Positions 41,251-64,000 of a stretch of 64,000 bases of DNA are shown here, in pieces (positions within the stretch are counted from its first letter, which is position 1; each line of letters starts with the position of its first letter). The position numbers and the translations under genes were made by a program. Source of the stretch: the human T2T-CHM13v2.0 reference genome, Homo sapiens. Below the pieces are notes generated by a model that searched no databases, was not told the origin of the DNA, and worked only from the letters and a program-made list of their open reading frames with translations. Where the stretch lies: assembly GCF_009914755.1 (NCBI RefSeq), contig NC_060941.1; one strand, 5' to 3'.

Positions 41251-41289
<39 letters not shown>
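41234..41289. repeat. (CT)n-tat-(AG)~18 microsatellite
   Basis: Direct reading. Confidence 0.9.
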
Positions 41290-41294
<5 letters not shown>

Positions 41295-41690
41295 TTTTTT
41301 TTTAGACAGGGTCTCATTCTGTTGCCTAGGCTGGAGTATAGTGGCATGATCACAGCTCACTACAGCCCTGATCTCCTGGGCTCAAGTGATCCTCCCACCT
41401 CAGCCTCCCAAGTAGCTTAGACTATAAGCATGTACTATCACACCTGGCTAATTTTTTAAAAAAATGTTTAGTAGGCAGGAGGGCTCACTATCTTGCCCAG
41501 GCTGATCTTGAGCTCCTAGCCTCAAGCGAGCCTCCTACCTTGGCCTCCCAAAGTGCTTGGCCCCCAAGATTTTTTTTTAATTCTGTATTTTCTTATATAA
41601 ATTTGAGAGTATGTGTGTGTATGAGTTTCTTTCTTATATTCTTTTCTTCAGTTATCTCTGATTATTTTTAGTCATTTCTGTTCTAGAGTA

Positions 41691-41771
41691 TTGGGTTGAA
41701 CCCATATAAAATTGCCACTTTTATATATCAAAAATGGTCGGCCATCAGTAGTCTCATATAGTTCAACCTAA
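41691..41771. mobile_element. MADE2 mariner MITE
   Basis: ttgggttgaacccatat...atatagttcaacctaa inverted ends, TA flanks, ~80 bp. Confidence 0.7.
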
Positions 41772-41867
41772 TACATTCATTCAAACTTTTTATTGGCCAA
41801 GCATGGTGGCTTACACCTATAATACCAGCACTTTGGAAGGCCGACGTGGGAGGATTGCCAGAGTTCA

Positions 41868-42097
<230 letters not shown>

Positions 42098-42614
42098 TTA
42101 TTATGGAAATTTAAAGCACACACAAAAGTAGACAGAGTATTAAACTGAACTCCCATGGACCTGTCACCCAGCTTCAACATTACTAACATTTTCCCAGTCT
42201 TGTTTTATCAATTCCCACTTTTAAATTTTGCTGAAGTATTTAATAACAAATCAGATTTTACACCTCTTTGGATGACTCCTTACTCTACCTTATATTTGTA
42301 GAAATTGTTCTTTGAACTGACCTAATGAGTCTCTCCAGAAAATCTTCAATGTCAATACTAGTTACATGCACAGATATGTCACTGGTTAAGAAAACTGATC
42401 AGGCATATCACTAACTCAAGGGGGAATTCCTGTGACTCTGTAGTAGAAAATCTTAATTCTGAGGAAAATCAGTATGGAGATTCTTATGGCATCTCAAAGA
42501 TGAACGATGGAAAAGACCTTTCAAGTCCTAGAGTTGAGTCCCTTAGGAGTTGAGGCCATGTTTTCAGGACTGCTACTCCAGTCTGTACGTTTTCTACCTT
42601 ATTTCCTAAATAAT

Positions 42615-42841
42615 TTTTTTCTTTCAACTTTTATTTAAGTTCTGGGGTACATGTGTAGGATGTGCAGGTTTGTTACATAGTTAAACATGTGCCATGGTGG
42701 TTTGCTGCACAGATTAATCCATCACCTATATATTAAGCCCAGTATGCATTAGCTATTCTTCCTGATACTCTCTCTTCCCCAAGTCCCAACAGCCCCAGTG
42801 TGTATTGTTCCCCCTCCATGTGTCTGTGTGTTCTCATCGTT
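42615..42841 (-). mobile_element. L1PA 3' end, 5'-truncated
   Basis: gtacatgtgtaggatgtgcaggtttgttacatag...gttctcatcg is the primate L1 3'UTR, antisense. Confidence 0.85.
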
Positions 42842-43095
42842 GGAACATAGTTTTTAAATCTAGTGGCCTCTTCTGTCATTGGCAGAAGAGTCTAAGCTGA
42901 AGTGGTAGATGAATGGTTGGGATTGAGCAATAGTTGTGGGTACTGTTGTCAAACCTGATAGATGCTCAGAGGGTGAAAGGTAACGGTAGAGAAGAGGAAA
43001 AAAGGAAACAATCGGGAAAAGGCAAATTGAGTGAAAGAAAACAGAATCCTATGTTGAGAAGAAAGGAAGAATATACTCAGACCATTGCTTTTTAA

Positions 43096-43476
<381 letters not shown>

Positions 43477-44450
43477 TAGCTCTAATATTCCATGGTGGAA
43501 TCAGGTATGGTACCAGGGCTAGGGCTTATACTGTCTCCTTTACATTTTGTAGGAGTATCTTATTTTTTTCCCCCCAGCACAGCCTTAACAAGAAGCAGAG
43601 GGTTTAGCAGGGGCTAGGGAGGTGTGAAAAACCAGTGAGTAGGTCATCTATTACAGTCATAAATGCAGGATTCTTCTCTTAGAGTTTCTTCTGATTGGAG
43701 CTTATTTGTTTCAAATGTTAGCACCTGCTCCAATAAGTTCTTTAACTCCTCCTCCTCCTCACTCCACCCCAACGGTCCTTATTTACTTCTACTTTGAATA
43801 TCACCCAGGAAGGAATTCTTTTGAATGTCAGTTTCTGGGCTGCTTTCCGAGCTCCAAGAAGAATATTACAGACTACAATCAGCTTAGGCTGGTGCTTTGC
43901 AGTGTATTTATGCTGAGTAAAGAATGTGTACCTCGAGGAAATTGAGTTAGGGGTGCAAGACAAGAAAGCTGGGCAACATCATGACCCTTTGAGAACCAGA
44001 TCATCACTGTGTAGTTTTATTTTATTTGATGAGGAGTTAAAATTTTTCTTTTAGTAAAGACTTTTCTGAATCATTTAGTACTCTTTTCTTTTTCAGTTAA
44101 TATTTCCATTAAGAATTCCTGATGTTTCTTTATTCTAAAGCCAAATATAAATCATTGTTATTATTTTAGTTCATACATGTCTTAACATACTCTACTAATG
44201 TTAATGATCAGGAGTTGACTAACTTACATTTGATTAATTTAAAATCCCTCAATTCTGTTCTTTTGTTTGCCCTTTAAACCCTGCACTGTCAAGATCTAAG
44301 AATCCCAAATGAAAAATCTACTGAGATTTTATTTATTTATCTCTTTGTAATTATAGTTTTATTGAGATTAAAAAATTTATCATCTAAAAGTATACCATTC
44401 AGTGGTTTTTAGTATGCTGATAGAGTTGTGCAACCAACACCGCTATCTAA

Positions 44451-44687
<237 letters not shown>

Positions 44688-44805
44688 TGAGCTCAAGCGA
44701 TCTGCCTGCCTCAGCCTCCCAAAGTGCTGGGATTACAGGCATGAGCCACCGCACTTGGCCTCCAGAACATTTTTATCACTCCAAAGAGAAACCTGTACCT
44801 ATTAG

Positions 44806-45223
<418 letters not shown>

Positions 45224-45592
45224 AGTACGTGACCTTTTTTGTCTGGCTTCTTTGACTAAGCGTATGTTTTCAACGGTCATCTGTGCATGTTGTCAGTATG
45301 TCATTCTATTTTATGGCTGAATAATAAATATTCCATTTATGGATATACCACATTTTGTGTATCTGTTCATCTATTGATAGACATTTGGGTTGTTTTCATT
45401 TTTTGGTGATTAAATAGTGCTGCTATGAGCATTTGTTTACAAGTGTTTAAATGAACATATGTTTTCAATTCTGTAAGATATATACCTAGGCGTGGAATTG
45501 CTGGGTCATAAGATAACTCTAACTTTTTGAGGAACTGCCCAGATTTTCTATAATGGTTGCACAATTTTACAGTCCCACTAGCAACTTATGAG

Positions 45593-46298
45593 TGTATTAG
45601 TCTATTCTCACTCTGCTGTAAAAAACTGCCCGAGACTGGGTAATTTATAAAAGAAATAGGTGGCTAGGTGCAGTGACTCACGCCTGTTAATCCCAGCACT
45701 TTGGGAGGCTGAGGCGGGCAGATCACGAGGTCAGGAGTTCGAGACCAGCCTGGCCAACATGGTGAAACGCCGTCTCTGCTGCTGATATAAAAATTAGCTG
45801 GGCATGGTGGTGCACACCTGTAGTCCCAGCTACTCAGGAGCCTGAGGCAGAAGAATTACTTGAACCCGAGAGGCGGAGGTTGCAATGAGCCGAGATTGCA
45901 GCTCATTTGAGACAGAGTTGAGACTCTGTCTCAAAAAACGATTAAAAAAAATTATTTTATTTTATTTTTAAATAAACAAATAAAGGAAAGAGGTTTAATT
46001 GACTCACAGTTCAGCATGGCTGGGGAGGCCTAGCAAACTTAACAATCATGATGGAAGGGAAAGCAAACACATCCTTCACATGGCGACAGGAGAGAGAAGG
46101 GCCAAGCAAATGAGAAAAAGCCCCCTATAAAACCATCAGATCTCGTGAGAACTCACTCACTATCAGGAGAACAGCAGCATGGGATAACCACCCCCGTGAT
46201 TCAGTTACCTCCCACTGGGTCCCTGCCACAACACATGGGGATTATTGGAACTACAAATCAATATGGGATTTGGGTGGGGACACAGCCAAACCATATCA
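45593..46298 (-). mobile_element. THE1 (MaLR) solo LTR interrupted by a sense AluS (~45662-45950)
   Basis: Ends tgtattagtc / ccaaaccatatca; 5-bp TSD atgag/gtgag. Confidence 0.85.
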
Positions 46299-46838
46299 GT
46301 GAGGGCTGCAGTTTCTCCACCATCCTTACCAACATTTGTTATTTTCTTCTTTTAATAGCCATCCTAGTAGGTGTAAAGTGATATGTCACTGTGAGTTTTG
46401 TTTTTGTTTTTGGTTTGAGACAGGGTTTCACTTTGTTGCGCAGGCCAGAGTGCAGTGTGCAATCATGGCTCACTGCAGCCTTGACATCCTGGGTTCAAGT
46501 GATCCCCCCACCTCAGTTTCCCCAGTAACTGGGACAATAAGCACATGCCACCACACTGAGCTAATTAAAAATAAATTTTTGTAGAGATGGGGGTCTCATT
46601 ATTTTGCCCAGGCTGGTCTTAAACTCCTGGCCTCAAGTGAGCCTCCCGCCACAGCCTCCTAGGATTACAGGTGTGAGCCACTATCCCCAGCCTACTTGGT
46701 TTTTTTTATTTAACTCCCTTCCCAACCATTCTTATTTATTCCCACTTTGAATGTCACACAGGAAGAAATTCTTTTGCAATATAATATGATTTGCAGAACA
46801 TTCTCCCATTCCATAAGTAGTTTTGAGATTTTATTTTA

Positions 46839-47054
<216 letters not shown>

Positions 47055-47348
47055 TTAGCCCAGGAGGCGGAGGTTGCTGTGAGCCGAGATTGTGCCACTG
47101 CACTCCAGCCTGGGCAACAGAGGGAGATGCTGTCTCAAAAAAAAAAATCTTGTATTATAAATTGGGAACTGTGTAAGTTAATTGGACTTTTGCTTGATTT
47201 TGTGTTTACCATACGTGTATAAAATCTGACCAGGCGTGGTGGCTCACTCCTGTAATCCCACCAGTTTGGTAGGCTGAGGTGGGCAGATTACTTGAGGTCA
47301 GGAGTTCAAGACCAACCTGACCAATATGGCAAAACCCAGTCTCTACTA

Positions 47349-47549
<201 letters not shown>

Positions 47550-47686
47550 CTAGGTCCTAAGCAAGGCATACGTTTGCATCTTATGAATCTCTTAATACCA
47601 AGTATTCATAACATGCTCTGCTTTTTGCAGTGAGTGAGACTTATTTGTACCCTCAGGGACCTTCTATTTAATATTTCACTGGAACG

Positions 47687-47898
47687 TATGAGTGTATTAG
47701 TCTGTTCTCACGCTGCTGTAAAAAACTGCCCAAGACTGGGTAATTTATAAAGGAAAGAGGTTTAATTGACTCACAGTTCAGCATGGCTGGGGAGGCCTCA
47801 GGAAACTTACAATCATGACGGAAGGGAAAGCAAACACATCCTTCATATGGCGACAGGAGAGAGAAGTGCCAAGCAAAGGGGGAAAAGCTCCGTGAGAA
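47687..47898 (-). mobile_element. Partial THE1 LTR copy; local duplicate of 45587-46150 without the Alu
   Basis: Shares the flank tatgag and apparently private variants with the upstream LTR. Confidence 0.8.
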
Positions 47899-48214
47899 TG
47901 GAGGAGGTAGTTTTCAGGTTCTAGTCACTGACTTTGCCCTTAAACAGAAAGATAATTAAACCGTGCTATGCAGTCTAAATTTGTGTTTTTATTTGTATAA
48001 CAATTTTCATCCTCTGACCATCCCTCCACCCCTTCTCTTCCTTTTCTGCTTGTTCTATTAATGTCAGCACAATTGGCAGTAGAGTGGGACATGATCCTAC
48101 TTAATTTGGAAAAGAATATGGGGGCTGTAACTGTTTGCAACTTGATATTTTGAAGTAAATTAGTGTTTTTGGAGAGGCAGCTCTTCTCAGAAAGTATCTC
48201 ACAACTGGGTACTG

Positions 48215-48530
48215 AGGTATGCTACAGCATGGATGAACTAAAAAACATTAAGTGAAAGAAGCTAGATGAAAAAGATTGAATCTTTATGAATTGAATTGAA
48301 TATGTATGAATTGTATGAGTCTAAATGGAATGAAATGTCCAGAAAAGGCAAATCAATAGAGATAGAAAGTAGAGTAGTGGTTGCCTGGGGCTGGAGGTGG
48401 GAAGGAGGAGTGACTATAAATGGGCACAAGAGATCCTGTTGGAGTTCTGGAAATGTTTTAAAATTGGATTATGATGATGGTTGCACAACTATGTAAAGGT
48501 ACTACAAATTTTTGGATTGTACATTTAGAG
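48215..48530 (+). mobile_element. L1M 3'-end fragment
   Basis: gaaatgtccagaaaaggcaaatcaatagagatagaaagtagagtagtggttgcctgggg. Confidence 0.75.
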
Positions 48531-48700
48531 AAAAAAATCTGTATGGTTTCAACTAGATCTCTTAAGACCCCATAGTATCCAGTGAGATTGTTTTCCTCCA
48601 AACGTATTTTTATTTTTTGTTTATTTTATTTCTGCAAAGTGAAACATTGAGATAAACTTCTGTTTTATATTATTTTCCTTTTCTATGTCTTGTATCACAG

Positions 48701-48814
48701 CTCTCCATCCTGCTGAAAAACCAAGATGATCTTGATAAAGCAATTGACATTTTAGATAGAAGCTCAAGCATGAAAAGCCTTAGGATATTGCTGTTGTCCC
48801 AGGACAGAAACCAT
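48701..48814 (+). CDS. MAP3K3: MAP3K3 exon, end of PB1 domain ([38 protein letters not shown])
   Basis: Acceptor tgtatcacAG, 114 nt, donor GTAAGT at 48815. Confidence 0.97.
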
Positions 48815-49638
48815 GTAAGTAGCCCTTGTCATGGTCTGGCAGCTGAAGACAAAGCTTGCTTTCCTTCAGGAACTTGTCTCGCCTCCTTGACAGACATTTT
48901 CGTTCCTCAGCCACTGCCAAATTGAGAGCATAAGCACAGCACAGCCCACTTGTCAGTGGCCAGTGAACATTCTGCATTTGATTTCACCGAAAAGCCAGAT
49001 TGTCAGTGTTAACATTGCATCTAAAGGTTATTTGACTTTTGGTGAGGGAGGAAGGAAAATACTTTATGATAAAGAATAAAATTCTTGTGCTCTAAATTTA
49101 TGTTTTTTCAATTAGATTTTGACCCCAACAAGAGAAATTTGATTCGTTTGGCAGTGCCGATTAGGAAAGACTGTCAAAGATTTGAGACTGTCATGCTTTA
49201 TAAACCCAACTCCCACAACACCTTGCCTTTCCCTTGGAACACTTGTAGGAAACAAACTTTTCCTTTTGTTCAGTGGAAAAAGCCATGGGTTGGGGGCCTC
49301 TTATAACTTATCAGCTGTTGCTTTACCCAATGGCAGGCAGTCTGTAGGGTGTCAGAAGTGGGGAATTATCCCTTATGCACAGTTTCCTCTCCTGAAGGAT
49401 TCCTGGAGGCCTGCATTTCACAAGAATGCTTGCAATCTGTATCTGTCTTCCAATTACTGATTCTTCTACCAGTTTTCTTCAGATGCATGTTTCTGAAGGT
49501 TTCTTGGCACCATTTCCTTTTCTTATGCTTGACAGGCTTTCCTTTTCTTTATGTGGACAGCCAACATGGCAGCATAAGTGTGGGTGTAGTGACTAGGACA
49601 AAGTTTAGGTGGAATGCTGCTCATGCTGACCATTTCTT

Positions 49639-54798
<5,160 letters not shown>

Positions 54799-54866
54799 GA
54801 TGATATATGTGGCATCTATTATTCTGAAATTGTGTAGCTTCAAAGCAGATTTTAAAAAGGGCTTTA

Positions 54867-55211
<345 letters not shown>

Positions 55212-55926
55212 TTAATTAAATCACCTCAGATGCTTTCACAGCTATCATAACTATCATGGTCTTCCATGCAAATATCTCTTGGTACCACCATTAAAACAGA
55301 GGACTGGACAGGATGCTCTTGGTGATCCAGTGTGCCATTTCTTACCTTACATTCCCATGTAACAAACTAAAGCAACCCCTCTCCCTGCTTCACCTCTTCC
55401 CTGCATCGTTGAATCCACTTGCCAGATTTTTTATTGAGATAATTTGTGGGTGGACTTTTGTAACTTATTTTTCTACTGATCTCCTATCTTCCAGTCACTG
55501 AAATCTTGATGCACATGGTTTCCTGGTAATTTTTCATATTGTTTGTGTTAGCCACAGCTAACTTCTACCCAGAGTCCTTTAGTGAGGTGTTCATGGAATG
55601 ATCAAACACCATCTTCTATTTGTTGTCTTTAGAATGTTCTGCTAGCTACACAGTTCATACCTATGGGCTCTCCTGTCACTCTGCGACAGTCCCCTTATAT
55701 TCTCAGGCATAGTCCCACCTTCCTCCTTCCTCTTTTTCCCACTTCTGAGTCTTATTCAAGGTGTCCTAAACCCTTGAAGCAACCTCATTTTTATTTACCA
55801 TACCATTCCCTTTTGCCCCCTTAAATTGAGGTTTTCAAAATTTGGCTGAATATTACAAAATGTCAGTGCTTGGACTCTGTGTCCAGAGGTTCTGTTGATC
55901 TGAGGTGTCAAAATCTCCACAGGCAG

Positions 55927-56366
55927 CTGGGCATGGTCGCTCACCCCTGTAATCCCAGCACTTTGGAAGGCCAAGGCAGGCAGATCACCTGAGGTCAGGA
56001 GTTCAAGACCAGCCTGACCAACATGGAGAAACCCCATCTCTACTAAAAATGCAAAAAATTAGCTGGGCGTGGTGGCACATGCCTGTAATCCCAGCTACTC
56101 GGGAGGCCGACCAGGCTGGAGTACAGTGGTGCGATCTCGGCTCACTGCAAGCTCCGCCTCCCAGGTTCATGCCCTTCTTCTGCCTCAGCCTCCTGAGTAG
56201 CTGGGACTACAGGTGCCTGCCACCACGCCCAGCTAATTTTTTGTATTTTTATTAGAGACGGGGTTCCACTGTGCTAGCCAGGATGGTCTTGATCTCCTGA
56301 CCTCATGATCCGCCCGCCTCAGCCTCCCAAAGTGCTGGGATTATAGGCATGAGCCACTCCCGGCCT
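55927..56366. mobile_element. Sense Alu fused directly to an antisense Alu
   Basis: Junction gggaggccga|ccaggctgga at 56110/56111. Confidence 0.85.
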
Positions 56367-57816
56367 AGCTTTTAGATTTTTTAATTGAGGGTTTAGATAG
56401 TATGTCCTTTGGTACACATTTCAAATTCATGTTGCCATGATTTTTTGAATTCCCACTATGTGTAAGGCCCTGCATTCAGGCAGGTGGCAGGGTGCTCATC
56501 ATGCACCTCCTCTTTGTGAGTGCAAGACTATGACCCTCCCTTGCCCTTCACTTGCCTGCCTCCCCAGTATGTGGCTTTGACTGTTGTTTCCTTTTTGACC
56601 CTTAGCAGAGAGCTATTGCACATCGGAGGCTTCAGCAAGAACATTCACTTCCCCCTTGGTTCTGACTTCCCGTTAGAGCAAGACAGTTTTTCAAGACAAC
56701 CTGCATGTGATAAAGTCTGGCATGGGGACTACAGGAGGTTGCTTGGCAGCTGAACTCTCCCCTGAGAGCAGGAAACCTTTTTCCTGGAGGACAGGATATA
56801 GAGTTTGTTTAGATCGGACTTTTTTTGTTAGGGGGAGGTAGAGGAGATAGAGGAGCAAGTAGAAACTTTGAACCAACTTGTTTGTAAATCCTGAGCTCTC
56901 ACCCCGACTCTCACCAGTGCCCTGCTTATTTGTAATAGCATCCTGACATCACTTGATTACCTCCAGGGTTTAGTTTTAAGCTTTCTCAGTGCAAAGGCCC
57001 CCCTTTGTTGCTTAGTTTTCTCTGGCGGCTGGACTGGGCCCAGTGGAAAGAGTGGGTGGGTGCTGGGAGGATTGCTGACCCTCCTCTCAGGCCCTTGACC
57101 TCTGTCTGGCACAATGGTACTTATGATAGCTTTTCCCAATTGAACATGATCCTGAGATGATTTGTGTGTAAACCCTGGAATCTTCTTAATTTTCAGGGAG
57201 TGATTATTGTTGGGAAAAAGAAGCAAATTGAGCTACTTTTAAACATACATATATAAGCTGGGCATGGTAGCATGTACCTATAGTCTCAGCTAACCCGGAG
57301 GCTGAGGTGGGAGGATCCCTTGAGCCCAGGAGTTTGAGTCCAGCCTGGGCAACATAGCAAGACTCTGTATCAATCAATCAGTCAATAAGATAAATACATA
57401 TATAGCAACCAGAATTTTGTTGGGGAGGGAAGTTGCCATCATTCACTCTCCATCCTGACTTCCTCCTCTGCAGAAATAATTTTCTGCTACTCTTCCTAAA
57501 CTCTCTGGAGAATTTTATGAGAGGGTATTTACAGCTCTCTTTTCTGTTTTGCAGATTATTACAGGAATGCCTGTTATTCCTCCGTGTCTGGATCATCACC
57601 TGTTAAACTGGGGCACTAGGTCTCAGCGCTCATACATCATTGAAGCTATAAAACTACATTGAGCGAATAGTGGTTTGCTGAGACAAATAGAAGAGTGAGA
57701 TTTGGGGGAAAGCTGGGTAGCTCATGTATTAAAAGCATGAAGGTGGCTGAGCCTGCAGGGAGTCCTTAGGAAAAGGGTGAGAAGACCTTGATAGGCCTGA
57801 CTGTGTAAAGATGTAG

Positions 57817-58041
<225 letters not shown>

Positions 58042-58459
58042 TAAATAATCATCAAATATTTATTAACTATTACTCTGTGTAGAGTAATCCTTTATGCCTT
58101 TATTTTATTTAGAGAGGAAGGGCAAAGAAATAACTGGGATGGTATCCTGACTCTCAAGGAACTTAAAATATAATGATATAGTAGTGTGATTAAATTCCTT
58201 TTAAACATCCCTGAAAAAGTGATTGCCTCAGACATCTGCTTGAAGACTTCCAGCTGTGTTTACACTCACTTTTGACCATTCTTGTGAAGAATAGAGACTT
58301 GTAAAGTTAGGAATCGGGTCTAAGTTTGAATTTTGACCTTAAACCTCTTGCTTATGATTCCTGAGAAGTCTTTATACTTCAGGGAAGATAGTGACCAATG
58401 AAACTTTTGAGAGAGTCAAGCTAAGTTGTCTGGAAGGAAAGGAGACTATTGACATAGTA

Positions 58460-58767
58460 CAGTCATTTCTCTGTGTTTGTAGGGGATTGGTTCCAGGACC
58501 CCTGTGGATGCCAAGGTCTGTGGATGCTCAAGTCCCTGAAATAAAATAGTGTAGTATTTGCATATAACCTACCCACATCCTCCTTCATAGTTTAAATCAT
58601 CTCCGGGTTATTTATAATATGATGTAAATACTATGTAAATAGTTCTTATGCTATATTTTTATTTGTATTTTTTTGCTATTGTTATTTTTTATAATTTTCC
58701 ATATATTCTCAATCTGTGGTTGGTTGAATCCACAGATGCAGAACCTGGAGATATGGAGGGCCAACTA
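58460..58767. mobile_element. MER2-like Tigger MITE
   Basis: TA|cagtcatttctctgtgtttgtaggggattggttccaggacc...atatggagggccaacta|TA. Confidence 0.78.
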
Positions 58768-59719
58768 TATATACAACCCTCTGCTAACTAGTCAGAAAGC
58801 TCTGTGGCTGCTACCAGTCCTTCCCAGGACAGGAATCTAAATCAGGCCTGTGCATTATTACTTGTTAACCCAGGATTCCTGTGGATTCCACTTTTGGGAG
58901 TCTGGGGAGAAAGCCCCCATTTCTTGAATTGTGGAACTTGTATCAAAAGGGAAATCTGGTCTTATCAAACATCGTGTTGAGCCTGCTGCCTTAATGTTGT
59001 GGAGACCCCTGCTGCTGCTAGAAAGCCAGCTTTGCCCTTATCCATATAGGTAGAATTGCTTCAAATTGAAGTGTCCTCTGAAGATCCTGAGCTGAGCTTG
59101 AGAGATCTAAGCACTGATCCTGTTGCTGAGTTTGTCTGTTTGCAATATGCCTCCTGAGGGAGTTACAGGAAAAATATGTTTCTGAGGTACTGACTTTGCC
59201 TTACTGAGTAACTTCTGGAATCCAGGCAAGTACTGGTAGTAAGTATTGCCAGGCTGAAAGTCTGTATATGAATTTCAGATTTCTGTAGATAATTGGGGAA
59301 TGTGTTGGTTGAGGATGGAGAGCTAGTACCCTAGCAAGGAGAGCCTAGCCACAGCGTCTCTGGCCCTGGAATCTGTGTGCCTCAGAGCCTGGGAAGCTCT
59401 GCCAGTTTGGCCTCTTTTCCGTAGTCCTTGTAGAGATTGAGGGGATGGCGGTGGGCAGCATGGTCCCTTGTAATCAGTAAGGATTGATGGGGCAGTAACT
59501 GGGTCTCTTGCCCCCAAGCAAGAGCCTATGATATGTGCATGGAGGCAGGGGCTAAATACTTAGCCACTGGACCCTTTCTCCATGTTACCGGGAGCTATAT
59601 ATGGAAATGATTTTCCTGGCTGAGAATGCTGAGGAGTGAGATTTCTGTGAAGTAGTTCCTGTTTATCTGGAAAATGGGCAACACGGCCTCTTAGCATACC
59701 TAGATCCTGGCTTCCTTCA

Positions 59720-63800
<4,081 letters not shown>

Positions 63801-64000
63801 AAACAGAGACAGAAGTCAAGGTATAGCATGAGAGACTTGGAAAAGTCCTAGCAGTAGAAATGGGGTCCAAGAAGTCCTTGGTTAGTAAGCCTTAGCAATT
63901 CAGCCTTCCACTGGGTTCCTCTGTTGCCTCCTTGCCATCATCGTTTACATACATGTGAATATTTAGTGAGTCTGCAGCAAGCAGGCTACTCAGTTCACAC

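Overview
Primate (human-like) genomic DNA containing the promoter and 5' part of MAP3K3 (MEKK3) on the + strand. The promoter is a CpG island rich in CCAAT boxes. Seven coding exons fall in the window: a first exon with only 4 coding nt (ATGG), five further constitutive exons and one 93-nt in-frame cassette exon. They encode the N-terminal helix, the PB1 domain and the start of the Ser-rich linker; the kinase exons lie beyond the window. Two processed pseudogenes with target-site duplications (TSDs) are present: FAM136A (- strand, inserted into the middle of an Alu) and EEF1D (+ strand, 5'-truncated, intronic). The remainder is dense Alu/L1/L2/MIR/DNA-transposon/LTR sequence, and nearly all ORFs in the track are Alu or low-complexity artefacts. 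I see no new protein-coding system. The most notable unexplained structures are: (i) a 265-bp, 98%-identical inverted duplication of non-repeat intronic sequence (28699-28963 / 30217-30481) with a templated palindromic junction; (ii) three upstream ATGs all in frame with the MEKK3 start, the last two separated from it by only one UGA-C stop; (iii) a local duplication of a THE1 LTR end that includes its flank; (iv) a near-consensus AluYa5; (v) a spacer-less inverted Alu fusion. Repeat subfamily names come from recalled consensus sequences, and repeat boundaries are approximate.
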